Positions 1-8,550 of a stretch of DNA of 64,000 nucleotides are shown here, piece after piece. Position numbers and translations under genes: made by a program. The DNA is from an uncultured delta proteobacterium (lineage in GTDB: Bacteria > Desulfobacterota > Binatia > Binatales > Binataceae). Below the pieces are notes generated by a model. That model was not told where the DNA came from, ran no database searches, and saw only the letters and a list, made by a program, of their open reading frames with translations. Numbering within the stretch: the first letter of the stretch is position 1; each line of letters opens with the position of its first letter. Location: contig CAVXXK010000001.1 in NCBI GenBank assembly GCA_963765675.1, forward strand, positions 512,001 to 576,000, given 5' to 3'.

Positions 1-456
1 GTCGCAGGCGATACCGGGATAGCGATTCCAGTACCATGTTCCGCCGACATCGCCACCCTTCTCACAGAAGCGCACATCGGTGAAGCCCGCGTCTCTCAGC
101 TTGTGCCATAGCAGCAAACCGCCGAAGCCGGCGCCGACCACCAGTATCTCGCATTCGTCGGTCAACGCTTCGCGCGGGATAGGCGGCTCCGAATATACGT
201 CGTCCAGATACTTCTTGAACTCGCCCTCCATCGCCATGTAGTCGGCGGCACCGCGACGAGCCTCCTTGAATTCGCGGTACTTGGCCTGCTCTTCCGCATC
301 GAAGGTCGCGCCGGGTGGCAATTCCGGCAATTGCTTAAGCTTCTGATCGGCGAGTACGGAGTAGCCCTTGCCCGCGATCTTTTCGGAAGCCTTGGCCGCG
401 CGCGTGTTGAAGACTTTCAAACCTGTCTCGGGGTCGATACGGACTGCTGCGTTCAT
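1..456 (-). CDS. Baeyer-Villiger / flavin-containing monooxygenase, N-terminal part (runs off window start)
   Basis: Manually translated, not in the ORF track: ATG at 456 with GAGGA upstream, open to base 1; contains ILVVGAGFGG (FAD Rossmann motif) and EKGGDVGGTWYWNRYPGIACD (BVMO signature). Confidence 0.9.
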   Translation of the reverse strand, partial: MNAAVRIDPETGLKVFNTRAAKASEKIAGKGYSVLADQKLKQLPELPPGATFDAEEQAKYREFKEARRGAADYMAMEGEFKKYLDDVYSEPPIPREALTDECEILVVGAGFGGLLLWHKLRDAGFTDVRFCEKGGDVGGTWYWNRYPGIACD

Positions 457-543
457 TTGAGTTCCTCGATGTTGCAAACCCATTCTAGCGAAGATCGACT
501 TTCGGGTGACAGAGCCGGCTCCCGGCGGGCCGTTATCGGGCGC

Positions 544-1059
544 CTAATGCCCCATCTTCAGCAGGTCATCGCCCGCCCATCCGTCTTTCATCGGCACCAT
601 GAAGTACGGCGTCAGACTCATCTTGCTGAATTTCCACTGGCCTTCGCGCTTCACGTATTCGTCGTTGTAGCGCGCGGCGACCACGTAGCTCTCGCCGTTA
701 TACACCGGCTTGGCTTCGAGATATGCGAATCCGTCGGCGCGATCGCCATGGATATGGATCACGTGATTGTGAATGAACTGTCGCACGCGATAGAGACCGC
801 GGCGCGGCTGCCCGGTCTCGGAACGCCTGCTGCCGAGCCCCGAGAAGAACTCTCTGATCTTGTCGCGTCCCTTCGCGTTGCCGAGATGGCCAAACTCAAG
901 CTCGCCGTCCTCACTGAACAGGTCTGGAATCTCGCCCACTTTTCCATCGTTGATGCATTCGTGGTAGCGCATGCGCAAATCACGGATCGCCTCGCGATCG
1001 TATAGTTCCGATACTTTCGCTTCCAAGTTGCCAATCCGATCTTCAAGACTGGTCGCCAT
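544..1059 (-). CDS. SnoaL-like / NTF2-family protein
   Basis: 171 aa; DREAIRDLRMRYHECID-like start, GRDKIREF, ARYNDEYVKREGQWKF are typical of SnoaL_4. Confidence 0.8.
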   Translation of the reverse strand: MATSLEDRIGNLEAKVSELYDREAIRDLRMRYHECINDGKVGEIPDLFSEDGELEFGHLGNAKGRDKIREFFSGLGSRRSETGQPRRGLYRVRQFIHNHVIHIHGDRADGFAYLEAKPVYNGESYVVAARYNDEYVKREGQWKFSKMSLTPYFMVPMKDGWAGDDLLKMGH

Positions 1060-1222
1060 GACTTGATCCTCCTGTTCGCTCGGGATTCTAAGCGCGCACG
1101 GATTTGGCTGTCCATCGGAGAAACCTCCGCGGTCGGTTGGACAGGCTCGTGCGGCAAATTCTAGAATCGGCGCGATCGAGGAACCGTTCGAGGCTCCCGG
1201 TAATAATCAGGAGAGTTCAGCG

Positions 1223-1594
1223 ATGGCGAAATACACCTTTATCGTCATGACCAATCCAGTTGCGGGCAAAGAGGCGGAATACAACGATTGGTATAACATC
1301 CATCATGTGCCGGATGTGTTGAACGTCCCCGGATTCGTATCGGCACAACGCTTCTGTCTCGCCGGCGCGCAAATGGGACGTGATCAGATCCGCCCGCATA
1401 AATATCTCGCTCTCTATGAAATCGAGACTGACGATCTGGCGGGTACGTTAAAGGAATTGCGCGCGCGGGGAGGAACCGCGGAAATCGTTCCGAGCGACGC
1501 GATCGATATGAAAAACGTTGCGACCTTTATCTTCGCGCCGGTGGCGGAGAAGGTGAAGGCCTCCGATGTGCAACGCCCGCGCCGCGCCGGCTGA
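1223..1594 (+). CDS. EthD/DUF4286-like dimeric alpha-beta barrel protein
   Basis: EAEYNDWYNIHHVPDVLNVPGFVSAQRF and YLALYEIE motifs; AGGAG ribosome-binding site. Confidence 0.7.
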   Translation: MAKYTFIVMTNPVAGKEAEYNDWYNIHHVPDVLNVPGFVSAQRFCLAGAQMGRDQIRPHKYLALYEIETDDLAGTLKELRARGGTAEIVPSDAIDMKNVATFIFAPVAEKVKASDVQRPRRAG

Positions 1595-1635
1595 AACTTT
1601 GTCCGTCCACCGCGTCGGCTTATAGGGGTTTAATC

Positions 1636-2508
1636 ATGGCAATCTCGATCGAGAAAATCCCGGGCGTAAAGAATAAGCTCGGCGAAGGTCCAGTATGGGA
1701 CGTCGCTGAAAAGGCGCTCTATTGGATCGACGGCAATGCGCCGGCGATCTACCGGCTCGATCCCAAAACGAACAGCGTAAAGAGCTGGAAGACGCCGAAG
1801 CAGATCGGCTCGTTCGCGATCCGTGAAAAAGGCGGCGCCATCTGCGCGCTGAGCGATGGCTTTTATTTCCTCGATTTTGATTCCGGCAATACAACGCCGG
1901 TGCCGAACGGAATCGTCGCCAAGCCGGGAACCACCTTCAATGACGGCAAGACCGATGCGCGCGGAAGATTCGTCGCCGGCACGCTGGACACGAAATTCGC
2001 GAGCGCGGCCGGGTCAGTTTTCAGCATCGATGGCGCTCTGAAACCTAAGGTTATCGAGCCGGCGATCGGATGCACCAACGGGCCGTGCTTCAGCCCAGAT
2101 AATCGCACTTTCTATCTATCGGATAGCGTGACGCGGACCATCTACGCCTACGACTATGATCTCGCCACCGGAACGGTTTCAAACAAACGCGAGTTCGTGA
2201 AAGTGAAGGGGATGGGCGGAGTGCCCGACGGCGCGACCGTCGACGCGGAAGGCCATCTCTGGTCGGCTATCGCGGGCGGCGGTAAGTTCGTCTGCTTCAA
2301 TCCGGACGGCACTATCGCGCGCACGGTTGAGGTGCCAGTCCCGATCATCACCAGCGCGATGTTCGGCGGCGAAAACCTTGACGTGCTTTACGCGACATCG
2401 ATCGGGATGAAGACGCTTAACATGGAACCGGGCCCCGATGGCGGCGCGCTATTCGCAATCAAGGGACTCGGCGTAAAAGGAAAGCCTGAGCCCCGATTTG
2501 CCGGATGA
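1636..2508 (+). CDS. SMP-30/gluconolactonase/LRE family protein
   Basis: LGEGPVWD, FNDGKTDARGRF, NGPCFSPD and PDGATVDAEG motifs. Confidence 0.92.
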   Translation: MAISIEKIPGVKNKLGEGPVWDVAEKALYWIDGNAPAIYRLDPKTNSVKSWKTPKQIGSFAIREKGGAICALSDGFYFLDFDSGNTTPVPNGIVAKPGTTFNDGKTDARGRFVAGTLDTKFASAAGSVFSIDGALKPKVIEPAIGCTNGPCFSPDNRTFYLSDSVTRTIYAYDYDLATGTVSNKREFVKVKGMGGVPDGATVDAEGHLWSAIAGGGKFVCFNPDGTIARTVEVPVPIITSAMFGGENLDVLYATSIGMKTLNMEPGPDGGALFAIKGLGVKGKPEPRFAG

Positions 2509-2568
2509 GTCGGGACACTCCAGCGCGCCCATGAGCCGCTGGCATTGGAGTGGTAGCGTATGTTGCGG

Positions 2569-3042
2569 CTAGTGAGACTTTGTATACCTGAGCCCGAAGT
2601 CGAGCTCCCAAGTGACACCATCGAGTGATTTTTCCCAACTGGCCTCAATAGTCTCCCGGTCGGAACTTATGCGGCCCGTGAAGCGCTGGTGAAATCCCGG
2701 CGAGTCGCGCCAGATTTTCCACGCGCCTTCATCCAGAGCCATCTGATAAATCCGGGACACGCCACGCGCGTCCGCATATAGGAGCGCGAAGGTGCCCGAG
2801 GTTTCGTCAGCACCGATGATCCATCGCGCCGAGGGAGAATCGTCGCTGCCCATGTGATGAACAAGGAAGCACCCTCCTTCGATCCAGGTGAAGGTTACTG
2901 GACTGTGAACCAGCGCTGGACCGCCGACCAGTTTGTGCGTTTTCTCCGACCAGCGGATTTCCATCTCCCATCGGCCCACAAGTGGTCTTAGCTGATCGAG
3001 CGCACGACTCGCTGGCGCATTCGCGTTCGACACTTCGCTCAT
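2569..3042 (-). CDS. Conserved hypothetical beta-barrel protein (DUF1579-like)
   Basis: LVGRW, YADARGVSRIY and SLDGVTWELDF pattern; start refined to the ATG after AAGGAGG. Confidence 0.6.
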   Translation of the reverse strand: MSEVSNANAPASRALDQLRPLVGRWEMEIRWSEKTHKLVGGPALVHSPVTFTWIEGGCFLVHHMGSDDSPSARWIIGADETSGTFALLYADARGVSRIYQMALDEGAWKIWRDSPGFHQRFTGRISSDRETIEASWEKSLDGVTWELDFGLRYTKSH

Positions 3043-3070
3043 CGACACCTCCTTCCGCCGACCATCGACA

Positions 3071-3610
3071 TCAGTCATCTCGCTTCAACGTTAACAACGT
3101 CATCGCACCGGGCCGGCGCCGGGTCGAGGCTTCTGTCTTATGCAAAAAGCTCGTGAAGCCATCGCCCGGCGGCGTGATCGAGTTTTCCATCATTATCAAA
3201 CTGATCTGCCCCCGGTGGTATTCGCCATGAACTGTCACGTGCGTCAGCATTTCTTCGCGTGACATGCGGCCCGGCAAGCCATCGGTAAACGTAAAGTCGA
3301 TCCTCTCGGCCAACTGTGCTTTATCCAGACGTGATACATACTCGATGTACCACTGATCGCTGGTCTTGATCGCCGCGGATAATTCTTCCAGCGATGGCGC
3401 TTGGCCTGGGTTGGGCGAGGTGTATCCGTGCTCAGCTCGGCGCAAGTTCGCAGCGAAGATCCGGTCGACAGCATAAGTGTGGTTGAGGACTCTGATGGCG
3501 ATCTCCTTTGCAGGAGAGGAATCGCCAAATTGCCGCATTGCTGTGAGAATCTCTTCGTTGGCCGTTGCCTTGTAGCTGAAGACCCGTTCAAGCGTGCTGA
3601 CTTGATCCAT
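3071..3610 (-). CDS. DinB family protein
   Basis: LNH and EMLTHVTVHGEYHRGQ His triad; start refined to ATG 3610. Confidence 0.85.
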   Translation of the reverse strand: MDQVSTLERVFSYKATANEEILTAMRQFGDSSPAKEIAIRVLNHTYAVDRIFAANLRRAEHGYTSPNPGQAPSLEELSAAIKTSDQWYIEYVSRLDKAQLAERIDFTFTDGLPGRMSREEMLTHVTVHGEYHRGQISLIMMENSITPPGDGFTSFLHKTEASTRRRPGAMTLLTLKRDD

Positions 3611-3666
3611 ATTCTTTCTCCTAATCGCGTGATACCAAACTCGTCCACTCGAGAGGGTCTTTTCCA

Positions 3667-4395
3667 TTAGACTGATTGCGAACGCTTCCTTGCGGTCACG
3701 GTGCGGGCGGGTGGAAAGGTCCAAAAGCTGAGGCCGGAGATTTCCACATCGATCATGTCCGACTCGCGCAACTCGTCGGCGTAGAGATCGATGCTGAATA
3801 TGTCGGAAATCGCGATCTGGCCGCCCCAATTGAGGATGCGCACGACTTCGTGGATGGCTTCGCGGCGCCCCTCGCGGCTGCGAACGTTGTGAATGGCGAA
3901 GTGGGCGACGGTGGCGTCGAAACTGCGGTCAGCGAAGGGCATTCTGCGCATGTCTCCGTCATGAACGCTGACTCTCTGCTCGACTCCCTCCAGCGCGGCA
4001 TTCCTTAGCGTGGCTTCACGCGAATTGTCGGATTGATCCATCGACCAGAGATCGATGCCTACCGCGTGACCTCTCGGCAGCATTTTTGCCGCGGCGATGA
4101 GCAGGAGCCCGTGACCACAACCGACATCGAGCACGGTTTCGTCCCCGCGGAGCTTCAGGCGCTCGAGGAGGCGGTCGCGCGCGCGAAATTTACCAAAGCG
4201 GCTGCTCGCGAACATGAGAACTGCGAGGATCACAAAACAAACGCCAAAAATTTGAACTGCGTCAGCCACGATGACGTGCCGGCTCGAAGTCCATACGAGA
4301 ACGAAACCAATGATCACTCCCGCGAGGCCGAGGACGAACGCCGCGTAAATGGCTCCGGGAGCGTCGAGACCATAGTCGGGCGCTTGTCTGCTCAT
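3667..4395 (-). CDS. Membrane-anchored class I SAM-dependent methyltransferase
   Basis: YGLDAP, two transmembrane segments, VLDVGCGHG and GDMRRMPFADRSFD; start refined to ATG after AGGCGG. Confidence 0.88.
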   Translation of the reverse strand: MSRQAPDYGLDAPGAIYAAFVLGLAGVIIGFVLVWTSSRHVIVADAVQIFGVCFVILAVLMFASSRFGKFRARDRLLERLKLRGDETVLDVGCGHGLLLIAAAKMLPRGHAVGIDLWSMDQSDNSREATLRNAALEGVEQRVSVHDGDMRRMPFADRSFDATVAHFAIHNVRSREGRREAIHEVVRILNWGGQIAISDIFSIDLYADELRESDMIDVEISGLSFWTFPPARTVTARKRSQSV

Positions 4396-4504
4396 GACTC
4401 TGCCGCCTGCTTGTGTGGACGCTGTCGTGACTTGCGTTTTCATCATGGATAAAATATATAAGTGATCGCTCACAATTGTAAACTCGCATTCCGAGCTAGT
4501 GCAG

Positions 4505-5134
4505 ATGGCGCAAAAAGTGCAAACAATTCCCAGAAAATCGGCCTCGCAGGAGCGATCGCGTGCAACTGTCGATGCGCTTCTGGAAGCGACTACTCGCATT
4601 CTGATCAAGGAAGGCTATGACAAAGCGAGCACCAACAGGATTGCCGAGGTGGCCGGCGTCAGTATCGGTTCGCTCTACCAATACTTCCCGAGCAAGGAGG
4701 CGCTGGTAGTCGCGGTTATTGACCGTCATACGCGAGAAATTTCCGAGGTGTCGCGCAACGCGCTGGTCAAAGCAGCGGCGCTCCCGATCGAGGCCGCGGC
4801 GCGCGAATTCGTTTCAGTTGCAATCGACGCTCACCGCGTCAATCCCAAGCTGCATGGCGTTCTTGCCGAACAGATCCCACATGTTGGGCGGCTCGAGAAT
4901 ATCGAGGCGAATGTTCGAGAGGGTTATGCACTGGTTCGAGGCTATCTGGAGGCGCATCGCGACGAGATCGATGTCGCCGATCTCGATCTCGCGGCCTTTG
5001 TCTTAGTGACAGTAGTGGAAGCGCTGACCCATGCCGCCGTCCTGCGTCGCCCGGACATCCTCAGCGACGAGAAAGCAGGACGGTTTGTCGATGATGTAAC
5101 CCGCCTTGTGGTCCGGTATCTGCGAACCTCGTGA
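4505..5134 (+). CDS. TetR/AcrR family transcriptional regulator
   Basis: STNRIAEVAGVSIGSLYQYFPSKEAL helix-turn-helix; divergent from the methyltransferase. Confidence 0.93.
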   Translation: MAQKVQTIPRKSASQERSRATVDALLEATTRILIKEGYDKASTNRIAEVAGVSIGSLYQYFPSKEALVVAVIDRHTREISEVSRNALVKAAALPIEAAAREFVSVAIDAHRVNPKLHGVLAEQIPHVGRLENIEANVREGYALVRGYLEAHRDEIDVADLDLAAFVLVTVVEALTHAAVLRRPDILSDEKAGRFVDDVTRLVVRYLRTS

Positions 5135-5200
5135 GCTAACGACGAAGAAGCCAAGCGTTCTCTGCGACGGAGAACAGTTGCAGGTAGACCGACCTACGAT

Positions 5201-5231
5201 GTAACCGGTTTTAAGTTAATTTAGAGGTTAC
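5201..5231. promoter_or_regulatory. GTAACC-N19-GGTTAC palindrome (orphan copy of the putative CGNR/ABATE operator)
   Basis: Same half-sites and spacing as the two copies at 6061 and 6103. Confidence 0.5.
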
Positions 5232-5316
5232 GTTGACTCTGCGAGGTCGAATCGTCAATAGACCGCGAAAATATTCGTGCGCGACTTGCTCAAATCGGAA
5301 GCCTGAACGAAGTCGG

Positions 5317-5997
5317 TCAGGATTTGGACTTTTCGCCACGATGAGAGGCGCGCTTGTGGCGCTTCAAGCGGGCCCGATGAAGAGCTTGTTTGGCGCGATT
5401 CCCGCACAGAGTCATGCTGCACCAACGACGCGCTTGACCGCGAGTTCTATCCAGGAAGAAAAGCGTGCACGGAGATCCTTCGCATGCCTTTACGCGAGAA
5501 AGATCCTGGGACGTAAGCAGGTTCGCGATTGCGTGCGCGATCGGCAGGATGAGGGAGTCCGGTGTACGCCAACGGCGTAGAGTGCGCCATTCAAGTCCCG
5601 ACGTGGTCAACTGACCGGGCGCATCGACTGGCCTTACCGCTATCGCGCCATACGCATCATCGCGCTCGAGTATCCGATTCAGCGGGGCAAGTTCTTCAAG
5701 CGCCTCAGGTCCGAGCGAATGCCCCTTGTGAGCGAGAACGAAGGCACGAAACCATTCCCTAAGAGCGCGGGCTTGAGCGGCAACAGCGTCGAGTTCTCCG
5801 GGAAAGCAATTGGCTCGTATGGTCGCGGCCGCCTCGGCGGGCAAAAGCTCAGCTTGCTCAAGCCACGCCATAAGGTCCTCTCCATCTGCCAGCCATTCGA
5901 CCTCCGTGTCGACCGGCGTGCCGATTGAATTAAGAAAGTCGAGGCTTGGATCTCCGGCGATGAACATCGCAGGGGGGCGAGTGTCGTTCGTGGTCAT
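5317..5997 (-). CDS. ABATE / CGNR zinc-finger domain putative regulator
   Basis: SLDFLNS near the N-terminus; C-terminal CEGSPC...RRWCSMTLCGNRAK. Confidence 0.92.
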   Translation of the reverse strand: MTTNDTRPPAMFIAGDPSLDFLNSIGTPVDTEVEWLADGEDLMAWLEQAELLPAEAAATIRANCFPGELDAVAAQARALREWFRAFVLAHKGHSLGPEALEELAPLNRILERDDAYGAIAVRPVDAPGQLTTSGLEWRTLRRWRTPDSLILPIAHAIANLLTSQDLSRVKACEGSPCTLFFLDRTRGQARRWCSMTLCGNRAKQALHRARLKRHKRASHRGEKSKS

Positions 5998-6060
5998 CCA
6001 GCGTTAAATGCTGCTCCTCTTGGTCAAGTTTAGCAGACTAAGGTCCCCTGCTCTATTATC

Positions 6061-6133
6061 GTAACTGCTCGCACGGCACTTGACGGGTTACAATTTTCTG
6101 CGGTAACCTGATCGAGGCCATCAGTTAGGTTAT
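6061..6133. promoter_or_regulatory. Two tandem GTAACY-N19-GGTTAY palindromes in the divergent promoter
   Basis: GTAACT(6061)-N19-GGTTAC(6091) and GTAACC(6103)-N19-GGTTAT(6133); TTGACG -35-like hexamer inside the first. Confidence 0.65.
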
Positions 6134-6151
6134 TAAATAGGAGGTTTTGTC

Positions 6152-7006
6152 ATGCCGCGCATTTACTACCGCGCCGCCGATATTGGTGGCCTCAGGATTT
6201 CCTATCGCGAAGCCGGCCGGCCAGACGCCCCAAACTTGCTGTTGTTGCATGGGTTTCCGACCGCCGGTCACATGTTCCGCGATTTGATTCCACTTCTCGC
6301 CGACAGCTTTCACCTGGTAGCGCCTGACCTGCCAGGTTTTGGTCAATCAGACCTGCCGCCGCGCGATAAGTTTAAATACAGCTTCGAGAATCTTGCCGAT
6401 GTAATCGATCGCTTTACCGAGGTGATCGGGTTGAAACGGTTCGCGATCTATATCTTCGACTACGGCGCTCCCGTGGGTTTGAGGATTGCCCTAAAGCATC
6501 CGGAGCGCATATCCGCGATCGTCTCCCAGAACGGCAACGCCTACGAAGAAGGTTTGAGCGACGGTTGGAACCCGATCCGGGCCTATTGGGAGAACCCGTC
6601 GCAAGCCAACCGTGACGCACTCCGCGTTTTCCTCAAGCCCGAGACGACCGTTTGGCAATATACACACGGCGTCTCTGACGCGACGGCGGTCTCGCCCGAC
6701 GGGTACTCGCTCGACAATTTCTATCTGGCCCGCCCGGGCGCAGACGAGGCGCAGCTCGACTTACTCGGCGACTACAAGACTAACGTCGCGCTCTATCCGA
6801 CCTTCCAGAAGTATTTCCGGGACCACAAGCCGCCACTGCTGGCGGTGTGGGGAAAGAACGACCCCTTCTTCCTGCCGCCGGGCGCCGAAGCGTTCAAACG
6901 GGATATTAGCGGCGCCTCCGTGCACTTCTTCGATACTGGGCACTTCGCGCTGGAGACCCACGCCGCCGAGATTGCGGCAGCGATCCGCGAGTTTCTCGTC
7001 CGTTAG
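6152..7006 (+). CDS. Alpha/beta hydrolase (epoxide hydrolase / haloalkane dehalogenase-like)
   Basis: LLLHGFP, Asp nucleophile in IFDYGAP, TGHFALE. Confidence 0.9.
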   Translation: MPRIYYRAADIGGLRISYREAGRPDAPNLLLLHGFPTAGHMFRDLIPLLADSFHLVAPDLPGFGQSDLPPRDKFKYSFENLADVIDRFTEVIGLKRFAIYIFDYGAPVGLRIALKHPERISAIVSQNGNAYEEGLSDGWNPIRAYWENPSQANRDALRVFLKPETTVWQYTHGVSDATAVSPDGYSLDNFYLARPGADEAQLDLLGDYKTNVALYPTFQKYFRDHKPPLLAVWGKNDPFFLPPGAEAFKRDISGASVHFFDTGHFALETHAAEIAAAIREFLVR

Positions 7007-7141
7007 TTTCGCGACTCAGTGTGCCCACTTCTCGCACGAGATGTCGGGAACTGATGTGTCGGAGAACCATTGTGTGTGGAGTCGTTCTCGAGAAGTTCGC
7101 GGACCTGGACGGCGACGCGAAACAAATTGGAGTGTAATCAG

Positions 7142-7837
7142 ATGAATGCTCTTCCTCTAATCGTCTTCGACGTGAATGAAACGCTACTCGATCTAACGAC
7201 CATGGAGCCTGTGTTCGAGCGTATCTTTCACGACAAAGGCGCGATGCGCCTCTGGTTCGCTAACCTCATTATGTATTCCGCGGCTCTGACCGTAGCCGGA
7301 TGCTATGTGCCGTTTACGGATATCGGTTCGGCTGTGATGAAGATGCTAGCCGACACGCGCGGCATAAGGATCCAGGACGCGGATAAGAAGGAACTCTTTG
7401 AAAAATTCTCGACGATGCCTCCCTATCCGGAGGTGCCCGCAGCTCTTCAGAAGCTCCGCGCGGCAGGATTCCGGCTGTTTACCTTGACGGGCAATTTGCC
7501 GGAGGTGCAGGCGCGTCAGCTCGAACACGGTGGGATTGCCGATCTCTTCGAGCGGCGTTTCAGCGTGGACGGCGTTAAGCATCACAAACCCTCGCGGCAG
7601 GCCTACGCTTATGTCGAGCGAGAACTCGGAGTCGAGCCATCTCAGCTCTGTCTTATCGCTTGTCATACATGGGACACCCTCGGCGCCGTCGCCGCGGGCT
7701 GGGAGGCTGCCTTGATCAAACGGGTGGGCAACGACGTCCTGGGAGTCGGCCCGCAGCCGCAAATCGTCGCTGCAAACTTGAACGACGTCGCCGATCAGTT
7801 GATCGCGCGGCATCGGGAGAGAACCAATGTCGCGTGA
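7142..7837 (+). CDS. Haloacid dehalogenase type II
   Basis: VFDVNETLLD, LTGN, HKP and ACHTWDTLGA motifs; start refined. Confidence 0.88.
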   Translation: MNALPLIVFDVNETLLDLTTMEPVFERIFHDKGAMRLWFANLIMYSAALTVAGCYVPFTDIGSAVMKMLADTRGIRIQDADKKELFEKFSTMPPYPEVPAALQKLRAAGFRLFTLTGNLPEVQARQLEHGGIADLFERRFSVDGVKHHKPSRQAYAYVERELGVEPSQLCLIACHTWDTLGAVAAGWEAALIKRVGNDVLGVGPQPQIVAANLNDVADQLIARHRERTNVA

Positions 7838-8534
7838 GAATGTGAGCGTCGTGCTGGTGCACGGCGCCTGGGCTGACGGATCGAGCTGGGCAAAAGTCAT
7901 CGCGCCGTTTGCCGCCGAAGGCGTCAGGGTGCTCGCGGCTCCGTTGCCCCTGACCTCGTTTGCCGAAGATACGGCGGCGGTCGAGCGCACGCTGGAGCGA
8001 GTTTCGGGGCCGGTTGTTCTTGTGGGTCACGCATACGCCGGGGCCGTGATCGCGGCCGCACGGAGTGAGAAGGTGAAGGCGCTGGTTTACGTCTCCGCCC
8101 TTGCTCCTGACGACGGCGAGACCGTCGCCGATGTCTTCTATCGGGCCAAACCTCATCCGCTGGCTCCAAAGTTGGCGCCGGACAACCATGGGTTGATCTA
8201 TCTGCCGGACGAAGCATTCGCCTCGGCATTCGCGCAGAATGCTTCCGCTGATGAATGGGCGCTGCTCCGCGCGGTTCAGCGGCCGATTTCGCCCGCCTGC
8301 ATCACCGTGCCTGTGAGTCGTCCACTCTGGAAAGACCGCCCGACCTGGTTTCTCATCGCAGAGCAGGACCGCATGATCGTCCACGACACACAGCGCTTTA
8401 TGGCGGAACGGATGCACGCCCGGGTTCGGTCGCATCCGGTAGACCACACGTCAATCGTCACTGCGCCGGGCCTGGTCGTCGATATCATACGCGAGGCTAT
8501 CGGCGAGGCATCAGCGGCTGATCGCATTCGCTGA
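7827..8534 (+). CDS. Alpha/beta hydrolase (Abhydrolase_6)
   Basis: VVLVHGAWADGSSW; nucleophile elbow reads GHAYAG, with Ala in place of the usual Ser. Confidence 0.85.
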   Translation: MSRENVSVVLVHGAWADGSSWAKVIAPFAAEGVRVLAAPLPLTSFAEDTAAVERTLERVSGPVVLVGHAYAGAVIAAARSEKVKALVYVSALAPDDGETVADVFYRAKPHPLAPKLAPDNHGLIYLPDEAFASAFAQNASADEWALLRAVQRPISPACITVPVSRPLWKDRPTWFLIAEQDRMIVHDTQRFMAERMHARVRSHPVDHTSIVTAPGLVVDIIREAIGEASAADRIR

Positions 8535-8550
8535 ATTAGGAGATGAGTCC

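Noticed and set aside
4458-4477. ATAAGTGATCGCTCACAATT resembles the symmetric lac operator (16/20)
   Set aside because: No LacI-family gene or vector sequence is nearby. It lies in a TetR divergon and is more likely chance or a TetR site.
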